Origin: Sphingobacteriales bacterium
GTDB lineage: Bacteria; Bacteroidota; Bacteroidia; Chitinophagales; Chitinophagaceae
Assembly: GCA_012270485.1 (NCBI GenBank)
Contig: JAAXIF010000067.1
Location: 426-64,425, forward strand
Reading direction: 5' to 3'
DNA length: 64,000 bases
Shown here in pieces: positions 28,451 to 35,999 of this stretch. Position numbers and translations under genes: made by a program. Each line of letters begins with the position of its first letter. Position 1 is the first letter of the stretch. Below the pieces are notes generated by a model. It did no database searches and was not told where the DNA came from. It saw only the letters and a list, made by a program, of their open reading frames with translations.

Positions 28451-28478
28451 ATCGTATTTCCCGCAAATTTGATGAACA
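28451..28478. repeat. Islet box copy 1 (ATCGTATTTCCCGCAAATTTGATG)
   Basis: Matches 29335-29358 exactly over 24 nt and 30214-30241 with one mismatch over 28 nt. Lies 162 nt upstream of the Abi start. Confidence 0.9.
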
Positions 28479-28665
28479 GTTAATTGACTTCGTTTCAAGT
28501 GAAATGAGAGGAGCATTGATCACGCAACTGATCATCTGCGACGAAGGATCTGACTATTAGTGTGAGTTTTATGGTATAAGAGAGAAGCAAAACAAAATGT
28601 TACATCTCAGCTGTGCAACATGCAGAGTTCCCTCATATCTAGGGAGACATCTGCGACGAATTTTT
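28479..28665. repeat. Islet non-coding module, copy A (short form)
   Basis: Aligns with 30242-30273 plus 30441-30600. A 45-nt core is identical except for 1 nt. It ends in T5 at the mazF stop codon. Confidence 0.85.
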
Positions 28666-28999
28666 ACAGATCCAAAACGATCAGTAAATTCTTTTTTAGT
28701 AATTGGATTTGATCTTGATTGAGTTTGCCAATTCTTTGTATCAGTCTTTTATTATCAATGGCCCTAATTTGGTCAATGAGAATGTCACTCTGTTGATCCA
28801 ATTGCGATTTTTTTAAATGCACACGTAGAATATTCATGTCAGGTTGAATATTGGTAGTAATGGGACAAACAATCGTTGACAAATGGGTATCATTCAATAG
28901 ATCCGTTTGTACAATAACAACAGGTCTGGTTTTACCCGGCTCAGTTCCTTTACCGGGATTCAGATTGGCTAGCCATATATCATACTGCTTAATCTTCAT
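28664..28999 (-). CDS. mazF: MazF/PemK-family type II toxin (endoribonuclease)
   Basis: MKIKQYDIWLANLNPGKGTEPGKTRPVVIVQTD...IVCPITT...IDQIRAIDNKRL. The ATG at 28999 overlaps the antitoxin stop by 11 nt. Confidence 0.85.
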   Translation of the reverse strand: MKIKQYDIWLANLNPGKGTEPGKTRPVVIVQTDLLNDTHLSTIVCPITTNIQPDMNILRVHLKKSQLDQQSDILIDQIRAIDNKRLIQRIGKLNQDQIQLLKKNLLIVLDL

Positions 29000-29219
29000 C
29001 AGCCAATTTTTCAAACTCACGTAAGATGTTCATGGACTCTCTTCTCGTAAGGGCAGATTCTTTTGCGAGAGCATGCTTCAATAACTTTCTCTGATGATAA
29101 CGATTGTAGAGATCTACCGCTTCATTGATATAGCGATTACGGGCTATGTTCAATTGAGCTGTTATAGACTCAGCCTCTTCAAATGTATGATCATCCAGTT
29201 TGAGTGATAAAGTTTTCAT
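28989..29219 (-). CDS. RHH/CopG-like antitoxin partner of MazF
   Basis: MKTLSLKLDDHTFEEAESITAQLNIARNRYINEAV. Position and overlap are typical of a type II TA pair. An alternative start lies at 29282. Confidence 0.7.
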   Translation of the reverse strand: MKTLSLKLDDHTFEEAESITAQLNIARNRYINEAVDLYNRYHQRKLLKHALAKESALTRRESMNILREFEKLADED

Positions 29220-29334
29220 ACCATTACTTTTTGTAAAGGTATATACTTTTGGTGTATACTCTGAGAAAATTGGCTCTTGCATAGCTTTTTTTTAAGCGTG
29301 ACATTCAGTAGTTCCGAAAATAGTAATATGCCAC

Positions 29335-29358
29335 ATCGTATTTCCCGCAAATTTGATG
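29335..29358. repeat. Islet box copy 2
   Basis: ATCGTATTTCCCGCAAATTTGATG. Lies 52 nt (or 115 nt) upstream of the antitoxin start and 16 nt after the KilA-N stop. Confidence 0.9.
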
Positions 29359-29373
29359 TGCGTATTATAAATG

Positions 29374-30189
29374 TTACTGGAGTGCTTTTGTGGCTTTCCT
29401 GTTTAACAAAGTTTGCATTTGCTGAATCGCCACTTTATTTAATAATAGTAGTCTCTCGCTGAATGAGATTCCTTGATGTATAAGAACGGCATTCAAGCTT
29501 TCTAAATTGGAAAGTATGACCAGTTGCTCTAGTGTGGCATAGTCTCTGATATTACCGGTAGTATTTGGGTTTTCTTTTCTCCATTGTGTTGCTGTTTTGC
29601 CGAACAATGCCATATTCAATAAGTCGGCTTCTGTTGCATATTGTCTAACACTTTCAGTAGCGGATAATAATTTGGGTATCAGGGTTTCTTTAATGGCATC
29701 TGTAAGAATATGATAATTGATTTTTGATAAAGTCCCTTGTAGACTCCATCCGGATTGTAAATGTTTTTCATCGGCTGACTTTAGTCGCTGAAATTCTTTG
29801 ATAAGGTAGACTTTGAACTCCGGTGAAATCCACATGCCAAATTCAAGAGCTATATCCACATGTGCAAAAGTGCCGCCATATCGACCTGCTCTAGATCTGA
29901 TACCAATTGCATTGGTTTTTTCTATCCATTCTTTGGCACTCAGTTTATAGCTATTTAAACCGGCCTGTGTTTTAATTATGGCGAATTCGCCATAATTAAA
30001 ATGGGGGTTATTAACGGTTTCCCAAATGCCAAGAAATTCAATGGTATTTCTGTTTCTAAGCCAATCGGAAATAAAGAAATCACCGTCTTTTGCTTTGAGC
30101 ATATCTGTTAATGAGATATAGTCAGCCTCTTGTTCTTTGAACATGGAAATGGCAACGCCCTTTACCTCGATACTTGTATTCTTTTTCAT
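29374..30189 (-). CDS. KilA-N domain DNA-binding protein
   Basis: MKKNTSIEVKGVAISMFKEQEADYISLTDMLKAKDGDFFISDWLRNRNTIEFLGIWE...GRYGGTFAHVDIALEFGMWISPEF. Start taken at the internal ATG 30189; the upstream track extension runs through non-coding repeats. Confidence 0.8.
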   Translation of the reverse strand: MKKNTSIEVKGVAISMFKEQEADYISLTDMLKAKDGDFFISDWLRNRNTIEFLGIWETVNNPHFNYGEFAIIKTQAGLNSYKLSAKEWIEKTNAIGIRSRAGRYGGTFAHVDIALEFGMWISPEFKVYLIKEFQRLKSADEKHLQSGWSLQGTLSKINYHILTDAIKETLIPKLLSATESVRQYATEADLLNMALFGKTATQWRKENPNTTGNIRDYATLEQLVILSNLESLNAVLIHQGISFSERLLLLNKVAIQQMQTLLNRKATKALQ

Positions 30190-30213
30190 GCAAGCAACAT
30201 CGTAAAGAATACA

Positions 30214-30241
30214 ATCGTATTTCCCGCAAATATGATGAACA
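30214..30241. repeat. Islet box copy 3
   Basis: ATCGTATTTCCCGCAAATATGATGAACA, 24 nt upstream of the KilA-N ATG. Confidence 0.9.
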
Positions 30242-30600
30242 ACTGTTTGACTTCGTTTCAAGTGAAGTGAGAGAAAAGTGAACCGTCTTATCACCTCCTT
30301 CGTCGTAATGCTTCCTTCATTACATTCAGGATAAACCTCAGAATGACGGAGCAAGTCGACAAAAAAGCAGTGTTGGCAAAGCCAACACTGCTTGAACACC
30401 ACACCACGAAAATGTCATCCTGTCCCAAGGACTCCCACGGAGAGGAGCATTGATCACGCAAGTGATCATCTGCGACGAAGGATCTGACCATTATGGGGAG
30501 TTTTATGTCTATCGTAGAGAAACAAAACGAACTAGTACACCTTAGCTGTGTAACAAGCAGAGTACCCTGTACTTCGGACTATATCTGTGGTAAGCTTTTT
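30242..30600. repeat. Islet non-coding module, copy C (long form with 167-nt extra segment 30274-30440)
   Basis: The flanks align with copy A. The extra segment is bounded by a GAGAG direct repeat. Confidence 0.85.
30359..30393 (-). terminator. Perfect 13-bp hairpin with T-run on the minus strand
   Basis: AAGCAGTGTTGGC-aaa-GCCAACACTGCTT, preceded on the + strand by A6 (a T6 tail when read on the minus strand). Confidence 0.55.
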
Positions 30601-30757
30601 ATTATCAACTCTATAGAAAAGAACAAGATAAAGCAGTAAGTATGAGATGTCTAGTACTTCTATTAACCGGAGATATGCTCGTATGGTATGGGGAGTATAG
30701 AAGGGGGGCTGAAAGAAAGGAAAAAGGATACTAAATGAGACTAGGATCTACAACGCA

Positions 30758-30801
30758 CTTGAAACGGACTTATAACGGACTTATAACGGAGTTGAAACGC
30801 A
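30758..30801. repeat. Four 11-bp tandem units (iteron-like)
   Basis: CTTGAAACGGA / CTTATAACGGA / CTTATAACGGA / GTTGAAACGCA. Confidence 0.8.
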
Positions 30802-30905
30802 GATAAACCTTTTCCTGAGGAGTTGTATGGCTATAGGGAGAAGTAAAATTCTAAGAGATGCAATTATTGTTTTTTCGTATGTTTAATGACATCAAATATT
30901 TCAAT

Positions 30906-31328
30906 ATGAAGTTTTTGTTTTCATTGTTACTTGCATTTACTATGGTGAATGGAGTAGCAGCTCAGGATTCTATACCGTATTGTACAATTTATATCTATCG
31001 GCCTCAAAGGTTTGAAGGATCATTACTCGGCTATGATCTTAATTTTTCAAATGCAATCATTAAAGAGGGTATACTAGTTGCTAAAATCAGGAATAACACC
31101 AAAACAATTCTAAAACTCAATCAGGAAGGAGAAGGAGAATTTTGGGCAAACATTGGGGTAACTAGATCAGTAAAAGTAAAACTAGAATATGGTAAATCAT
31201 ATTATCTTAAATGTGAACTAGAACCTGGAATTTCTATTGGTCGTCCTGTTCTGACATTAATGACTGAGGAGCAAGGAAAGAATGAATTTGAGCAGGTTAA
31301 GAAAGTTAAAAAACCAGAAGTTGAATAA
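30906..31328 (+). CDS. Hypothetical secreted protein
   Basis: Signal peptide MKFLFSLLLAFTMVNGVAAQ followed by a beta-rich ~120 aa. No family recognised with confidence. Confidence 0.6.
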   Translation: MKFLFSLLLAFTMVNGVAAQDSIPYCTIYIYRPQRFEGSLLGYDLNFSNAIIKEGILVAKIRNNTKTILKLNQEGEGEFWANIGVTRSVKVKLEYGKSYYLKCELEPGISIGRPVLTLMTEEQGKNEFEQVKKVKKPEVE

Positions 31329-31468
31329 CACAGTTAAAAGAATTAGTAATCATTTTATGATTAAATATTGCTCATTAAATCACTTTCATAAAGAATTGAT
31401 TAGCAAAATAGCTCACATCCGGTAATTTATTATATAGATATAAGAGAAGCCCCCCAGGGAGAATGTAA

Positions 31469-32236
31469 TTATCTTTGCTTGTTGTTGCTATTACTAGTTG
31501 TGCTATCCTTTTTTTGTACTTGTTGTTGGAAATTTTCCTTTATCATCTGGGGACTAGACGGCTTTACATCATTAACATTTACTCCCGGTAACTGCGATGT
31601 TGTTTGTTGTGGCGTTGTTGTCGATGTATTATCATCCTTCGGCATGATCGGAATTTTATTAAAGGTACTGATTTTATTATAATTGATTATTTCTACTTTT
31701 TGGGTATCTTCCGCTTTGTATGAAAAATGAAAAATAAGGCAGATAACATATGGTACACAACAAATTAGGCCACTAATTAAGGCGCGATAATAGAAAAACC
31801 CTTTTCGTTTAAACAGCGAATTATTTATTGATACCGCTTTTTCTAGTTCATTTATATAAGAAGCTTTAACTAAAAGATCAGCTTCATTCTTATTTTTCCC
31901 TTCAGCCTCATACTCAAGTCTAAAATCTACGTAATACGTTTTAGGCTCAATTAAATATGCGACTTCAACTGGGATTAAAAGTTTTATAGTATAGAATAAA
32001 GAATAAAGGAAAAGTGATGTAAAAAGTGAAAAGCAAACATAATTTAACCAAATTCTTTCACTACCAAAAAAGAGAGACTGTGTAAGTGGAACTATAAAAA
32101 CAGCAATTGCGGAATAAATAATTAAGATATTAGTAAACTTGTTTAAGTTCTTTTGATATGCGTCTGAAAATTGCGATAAGCGTTTTTCGTTAAGTTCTAT
32201 TATATAATCTAGATTGTAAAATGAATTTTTGTCCAT
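31469..32236 (-). CDS. Hypothetical 3-TM membrane protein with T/S/Q/N/K-rich tail
   Basis: Hydrophobic segments ILIIYSAIAVFIVPL, NYVCFSLFTSLFLYSLFYTIKLLI and ALISGLICCVPYVICLIFHF. Very AT-rich codon usage. Confidence 0.6.
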   Translation of the reverse strand: MDKNSFYNLDYIIELNEKRLSQFSDAYQKNLNKFTNILIIYSAIAVFIVPLTQSLFFGSERIWLNYVCFSLFTSLFLYSLFYTIKLLIPVEVAYLIEPKTYYVDFRLEYEAEGKNKNEADLLVKASYINELEKAVSINNSLFKRKGFFYYRALISGLICCVPYVICLIFHFSYKAEDTQKVEIINYNKISTFNKIPIMPKDDNTSTTTPQQTTSQLPGVNVNDVKPSSPQMIKENFQQQVQKKDSTTSNSNNKQR

Positions 32237-32459
32237 TAATGTGAATTTTATTACATGGTATTTAAAAATATTACCCTATAAAGTCGTCAGCTTATTTAAC
32301 TAAATAAAGAGAATGAACTCAGTTAAATACAGATAAGTAAACCTACAAAATCATTGTCATATGTAAAAATATTCTAACTTAATAGCATTATGTCTACTAC
32401 AAAATAGAATTCTCCTAATTCTTCCTATTACAAAAAGACCAAATTCCCCCAATTTTCCC

Positions 32460-32467
32460 TACTTTTG
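32460..32467 (+). promoter_or_regulatory. Candidate -7 box of rpsA promoter
   Basis: TACTTTTG matches TAnnTTTG, 35 nt before the ATG. The hairpin CCCGAT...ATCGGG lies in the short leader. Confidence 0.35.
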
Positions 32468-32501
32468 CACCCCCGATTCATTAAACCATCGGGACTATTT
32501 T

Positions 32502-34403
32502 ATGAACATTTTTCGTAAACAATTAAACGCAGATGCTCAGGACAACGCGGGTACACCCGAAGTTGCTACTGCGACAACAAAAGCACCTGAAGCAGTCTCG
32601 CCTAAGGTCGAGATTGTAGAAACTGCGCATGATGATTTTGACTGGAGCATTGACAAGCGTAATGTGAGTCACTATGCAGAAGCTGAAAGAGTGAAGTATG
32701 ACAAAGTGTATGATAACACTTTCGTACAGATCGAAGACGGCGAGATCGTTCGTGGTGGTGTGGTTGCCCTCACCAAAACAGATGTGGTTGTAAACATCGG
32801 TTTCAAAAGCGATGGTCTGGTTTCACTGAACGAATTCCGTGATGTACAGGGATTGAAAATTGGTGACGAAGTAGAAGTAATGGTTGTTGAGAAAGAAGAC
32901 CGCAATGGTAATCTGCACCTCAGCCGTAAGTCTGCCCGCATCTTCCGTGCATGGGAGCGTATCGTGGAAGTACACAAAACTGGTGAAGTGATCACCGGTA
33001 CTGTTACCAGCAAAACAAAAGGTGGTTTGATCGTGGATGTATTCGGTATGGAAACATTCTTACCGGGTTCTCAAATCGACGTGAAGCCTGTAACTGATTA
33101 CGATCAGTTCGTAGGTAAGACCATGGAATTTAAAGTTGTGAAGATCAACGAAGCCATCAAGAATGCCGTTGTATCTCACAAAGCACTGATCGAAAGCGAT
33201 ATCGAAGCACAGCGTGCAGAGATCATGAGCAAACTCGAGAAGGGCCAGGTATTGGAAGGTGTGGTGAAAAACATCACAGATTTCGGTGCTTTCATGGACC
33301 TCGGTGGTTTGGATGGTCTGTTGTACATCACCGATATTTCATGGGGTCGTATCTCTCACCCAAGCGAAGTGGTGAAGATGGATCAGAAATTGCAAGTGGT
33401 GGTATTGGATTTCGACGACGACAAAAAGCGTATCAGCTTAGGTCTCAAGCAACTGACGCCACATCCATGGGATGTGCTGCCTGAAGGTTTATCTGAAGGA
33501 TCAGTTGTGAAAGGTAAAGTAGTAAATATTGAAGATTACGGTGCATTCCTGGAAATTCAGCCGGGTGTTGAAGGACTGGTACACGTATCTGAGATCACTT
33601 GGGCAAATACTCCGATCAACGCGAAGGAATTCTTCAAGTTGGGCGATGAGTACGAAGCAAAAGTGGTAACCTTAGATAAAGATGCACGTAAGATGAGTCT
33701 GAGCATCAAACAAATGAGCGAAGACCCATGGAGCACCATCGAGAACAAGTTCCCTGAAAACAGTAAGCACAAAGGTTTGGTGAAAAACATCACTCCATAT
33801 GGCGTATTCGTTGAATTGGAGCCGGGTATCGGTGGTATGATCCACATCAGCGATCTGAGCTGGTTGAAGCGTTTCAATCACCCAACTGATTATACCAAAG
33901 TAGGTGAGCACATCGATATCATCATCCTCAGCATCGACAAAGAAAACCGTAAACTGCAATTAGGACACAAACAGTTGGAAGAAGATCCTTGGAATGCCCT
34001 GGAAGAAACTTTCGCTATTGGTAGTCTGCACGAAGGAACCGTTACCCGTAAGGATGACAAAGGTGCCTTGGTACAATTGCCTTATGGTTTAGAAGGTTTT
34101 GCACCTAACCGTCACCTGAACAAGGAAGATGGTTCTCAGGTGAAAGCTGATGAAACTGCACAGTTCATGGTGATCGAATTCGATCGCAATGAAAAGCGCA
34201 TTGTTCTGAGCCATGCCCGTATCTGGGAGAAAGTAGTTGCTGAAGAAAAGGAAATTGCGAAGAAAGAAGCGAAAGCAGAATCTGACAATACCAAGAAAGC
34301 AGTGAAAAACATCCAGGCGAAGGTAGAAAAAGCAACCTTGGGTGACCTGGGAGCTTTAGCTGAGATCAAAGCCAAACTGAAGGAAGGAGAAGGCGAGAAC
34401 TAA
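32502..34403 (+). CDS. rpsA: 30S ribosomal protein S1
   Basis: 633 aa with six S1/OB repeats (GxVxxxxxxGxxVD/L motifs such as GTVTSKTKGGLIVDV, GVVKNITDFGAFMDL, GKVVNIEDYGAFLEI). Confidence 0.96.
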   Translation: MNIFRKQLNADAQDNAGTPEVATATTKAPEAVSPKVEIVETAHDDFDWSIDKRNVSHYAEAERVKYDKVYDNTFVQIEDGEIVRGGVVALTKTDVVVNIGFKSDGLVSLNEFRDVQGLKIGDEVEVMVVEKEDRNGNLHLSRKSARIFRAWERIVEVHKTGEVITGTVTSKTKGGLIVDVFGMETFLPGSQIDVKPVTDYDQFVGKTMEFKVVKINEAIKNAVVSHKALIESDIEAQRAEIMSKLEKGQVLEGVVKNITDFGAFMDLGGLDGLLYITDISWGRISHPSEVVKMDQKLQVVVLDFDDDKKRISLGLKQLTPHPWDVLPEGLSEGSVVKGKVVNIEDYGAFLEIQPGVEGLVHVSEITWANTPINAKEFFKLGDEYEAKVVTLDKDARKMSLSIKQMSEDPWSTIENKFPENSKHKGLVKNITPYGVFVELEPGIGGMIHISDLSWLKRFNHPTDYTKVGEHIDIIILSIDKENRKLQLGHKQLEEDPWNALEETFAIGSLHEGTVTRKDDKGALVQLPYGLEGFAPNRHLNKEDGSQVKADETAQFMVIEFDRNEKRIVLSHARIWEKVVAEEKEIAKKEAKAESDNTKKAVKNIQAKVEKATLGDLGALAEIKAKLKEGEGEN

Positions 34404-34430
34404 TAACGCCTTCGTTTGAATAGGTAAAGA

Positions 34431-34466
34431 AAAAAGCTGTTCTGCTCCGCAGGGCAGCTTTTTCTT
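34431..34466 (+). terminator. Intrinsic terminator after rpsA
   Basis: AAGCTGTTCTG-ctccg-CAGGGCAGCTT (11 bp including two G.U) followed by TTTTCTTT. Confidence 0.75.
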
Positions 34467-34470
34467 TAAC

Positions 34471-34550
34471 AGAGGAATAAGAAATAGGAAATAGGAAATA
34501 AGAAATAAGGAAATAAGAAATAGGAAATGAAAATGAAAAATGAGGAGGAA
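34471..34550. repeat. GGAAATA/AGAAATA heptamer array (left arm of IR bracketing 34559..34942)
   Basis: aggaata|agaaata|ggaaata|ggaaata|agaaata|aggaaata|agaaata|ggaaatg|aaaatg... Confidence 0.85.
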
Positions 34551-34558
34551 GTAGGGGG

Positions 34559-34942
34559 TTAGTCAGAGGATGAGGGGCGTTTATTATTTTTTCTGGCAGT
34601 ATCGATGCTTTTGAGGAAAATATAGATAAGCTCTGTACACTCTTTTCTAATTTCTGATAGATTGATAGAAATATCCCAATTCAATTTTTCAATGATAGCT
34701 AAACAATTCCTGGTTTCACGTAACTCTTTGAGTGCTATTTTCATTTTATGGATAAAGTCTGTTCTGGATTCTGCCGATTGAGCTTCACCATATTGTAAAG
34801 CTGGTGAAGATCCGCTTCTTGTTAATTGACCTCCTAAATGGTTTCCGGCAAATGTTCTGGGAAGTTTCTCAGCTATCTGAATACAGTTCACCGCAAATAG
34901 TATAAGTCTTTCTTCAAGATAAAATTTTTGTTTAGGCTCCAT
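34559..34942 (-). CDS. Four-helix-bundle protein (23S rRNA intervening-sequence protein / Avd-like family)
   Basis: LEERLILFAVNCIQIAEKLP...GNHLGGQLTRSGSSPALQYGEAQSAESRTDFIHKMKIALKELRETRNCL. This is the typical TIGR02436/PF05635 signature. Confidence 0.85.
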   Translation of the reverse strand: MEPKQKFYLEERLILFAVNCIQIAEKLPRTFAGNHLGGQLTRSGSSPALQYGEAQSAESRTDFIHKMKIALKELRETRNCLAIIEKLNWDISINLSEIRKECTELIYIFLKSIDTARKNNKRPSSSD

Positions 34943-35045
34943 GTCATTTCTTTATGCTACAAATTAAAACCTTACAATAATCTAAAAATCAGGTATTTAT
35001 ACCAGCTATTTATACGCGTTTTTGAACCTTTTTATAGTTTCAATT

Positions 35046-35090
35046 CTCTTCATTTCCTATTTCTTGTTTCTTATTTCTTATTTCTCTGTT
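35046..35090. repeat. TATTTCC/TATTTCT array (right arm, reverse complement of 34471-34550)
   Basis: CTCTTCATTTCCTATTTCTTGTTTCTTATTTCTTATTTCTCTG. Confidence 0.85.
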
Positions 35091-35157
35091 TTATGCTTTT
35101 CTTAACTCCCTGATAATCAATTCCTCAATTCAAGTTTCTAAATTGCCCATAATTAAC

Positions 35158-35165
35158 TAATTTTG
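35158..35165 (+). promoter_or_regulatory. Candidate -7 box of bamD promoter
   Basis: TAATTTTG is a perfect TAnnTTTG match, 10 nt before the ATG at 35175. The same TAATTTTGCC string precedes pckA. Confidence 0.35.
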
Positions 35166-35174
35166 CCAACTTGT

Positions 35175-35999
35175 ATGAAGAGGATCGTTGTCTTTTTATT
35201 GGCTGCTGTTTTACTGGTATCGTGCTCGAATAAGTTCTCAAAGGTTTTGAAGAGCAAGGATTACGAGTACAAATACAAAATGGCAGAACAGTATTATGCT
35301 AAGAAAGATTATACGAAAGCACAAGTGCTCTTTGAAGACATTTTTCCTTATGTAAAAGGTACTGCTCGTTACGAAGACATGTATTACAAGTTCGCCTATT
35401 CCTACTATTACCAGAACGATTTCATGAATGCTGAGAATCTGTTCAAGAGTTTTGTAGAGAATTTTCCGAACAGTACCAAAGGTGAGGAGTGCGATTACAT
35501 GCGAGCGTATTGTTATTTCAGACAATCGCCCAAGATTGATTTGGATCAGACCAGTACGAATAAGACCATGCAGTTGATGCAGGCTTTTATCAATACACAC
35601 CCTACTTCTACTCGTGTACAGGAAGCAACGGATATTATTGATAAGTGCAGAGAGAAACTGGAAGCAAAAGAATTCAAAAGCGCGCAATTGTACTACAACT
35701 TAGGTTTTTACAAAGCTGCGGCCATTGCTTTTGGAAATGTATCCGATAATTTTCCGGATTCAAAGAAAGCAGATGAATACAAACTGCAGGTGATCAAATC
35801 ATATTTCCGTTATGCGGAGATGAGTTATGAAGAAAAGCAGATCGAACGTTTCCAGAAAGTGATCGAAGAATGTCAGGATTTTTCAGACCGATATGCAGAT
35901 AGTAAGTATCTGGAAGAAGTCAATAAATTGAAATTACAATCAACAAATTATATTAAAAACCAGAAAAATGAGCAAGCTAAGAAGGCAAATGAGCGCTAA
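35175..35999 (+). CDS. bamD: Outer-membrane assembly lipoprotein BamD (YfiO)
   Basis: Lipobox LLVSCSN and TPR-like repeats (YKMAEQYYAKKDYTKAQVLFEDI...). Synteny with rpoZ-coaBC is typical of Bacteroidota. Confidence 0.85.
   Translation: MKRIVVFLLAAVLLVSCSNKFSKVLKSKDYEYKYKMAEQYYAKKDYTKAQVLFEDIFPYVKGTARYEDMYYKFAYSYYYQNDFMNAENLFKSFVENFPNSTKGEECDYMRAYCYFRQSPKIDLDQTSTNKTMQLMQAFINTHPTSTRVQEATDIIDKCREKLEAKEFKSAQLYYNLGFYKAAAIAFGNVSDNFPDSKKADEYKLQVIKSYFRYAEMSYEEKQIERFQKVIEECQDFSDRYADSKYLEEVNKLKLQSTNYIKNQKNEQAKKANER

Noticed and set aside
29277-29462. 61-aa + strand ORF overlapping box 2 and the KilA-N 3' end
   Set aside because: It is antisense to KilA-N and covers the intergenic box. Composition is low complexity and there is no support.
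30291-30491. 66-aa minus-strand ORF in the long module copy
   Set aside because: It runs straight through the perfect 13-bp hairpin with its T-run, is not conserved in module copy A, and has no start context.
28451-30600. The three repeated boxes between cassettes as integron attC sites
   Set aside because: No integron integrase or attI is present. The boxes lack the R''/L''-L'/R' imperfect-palindrome organisation and GTTRRRY core. They sit upstream rather than downstream of the cassettes, and the first cassette has no site at its 3' end.
28479-30600. The two module copies as DGR template and variable repeats, given the Avd-like gene at 34559
   Set aside because: Differences between the copies are of all substitution types, not adenine-specific. 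Neither copy lies in a coding region, and no reverse transcriptase is present.
34928-35113. 61-aa + strand ORF, with a similar case at 36333..36518
   Set aside because: Both are translations of the heptamer inverted-repeat arms (LFLVSYFLFLCF...; HNSQFTIDISPISP...), not genes.
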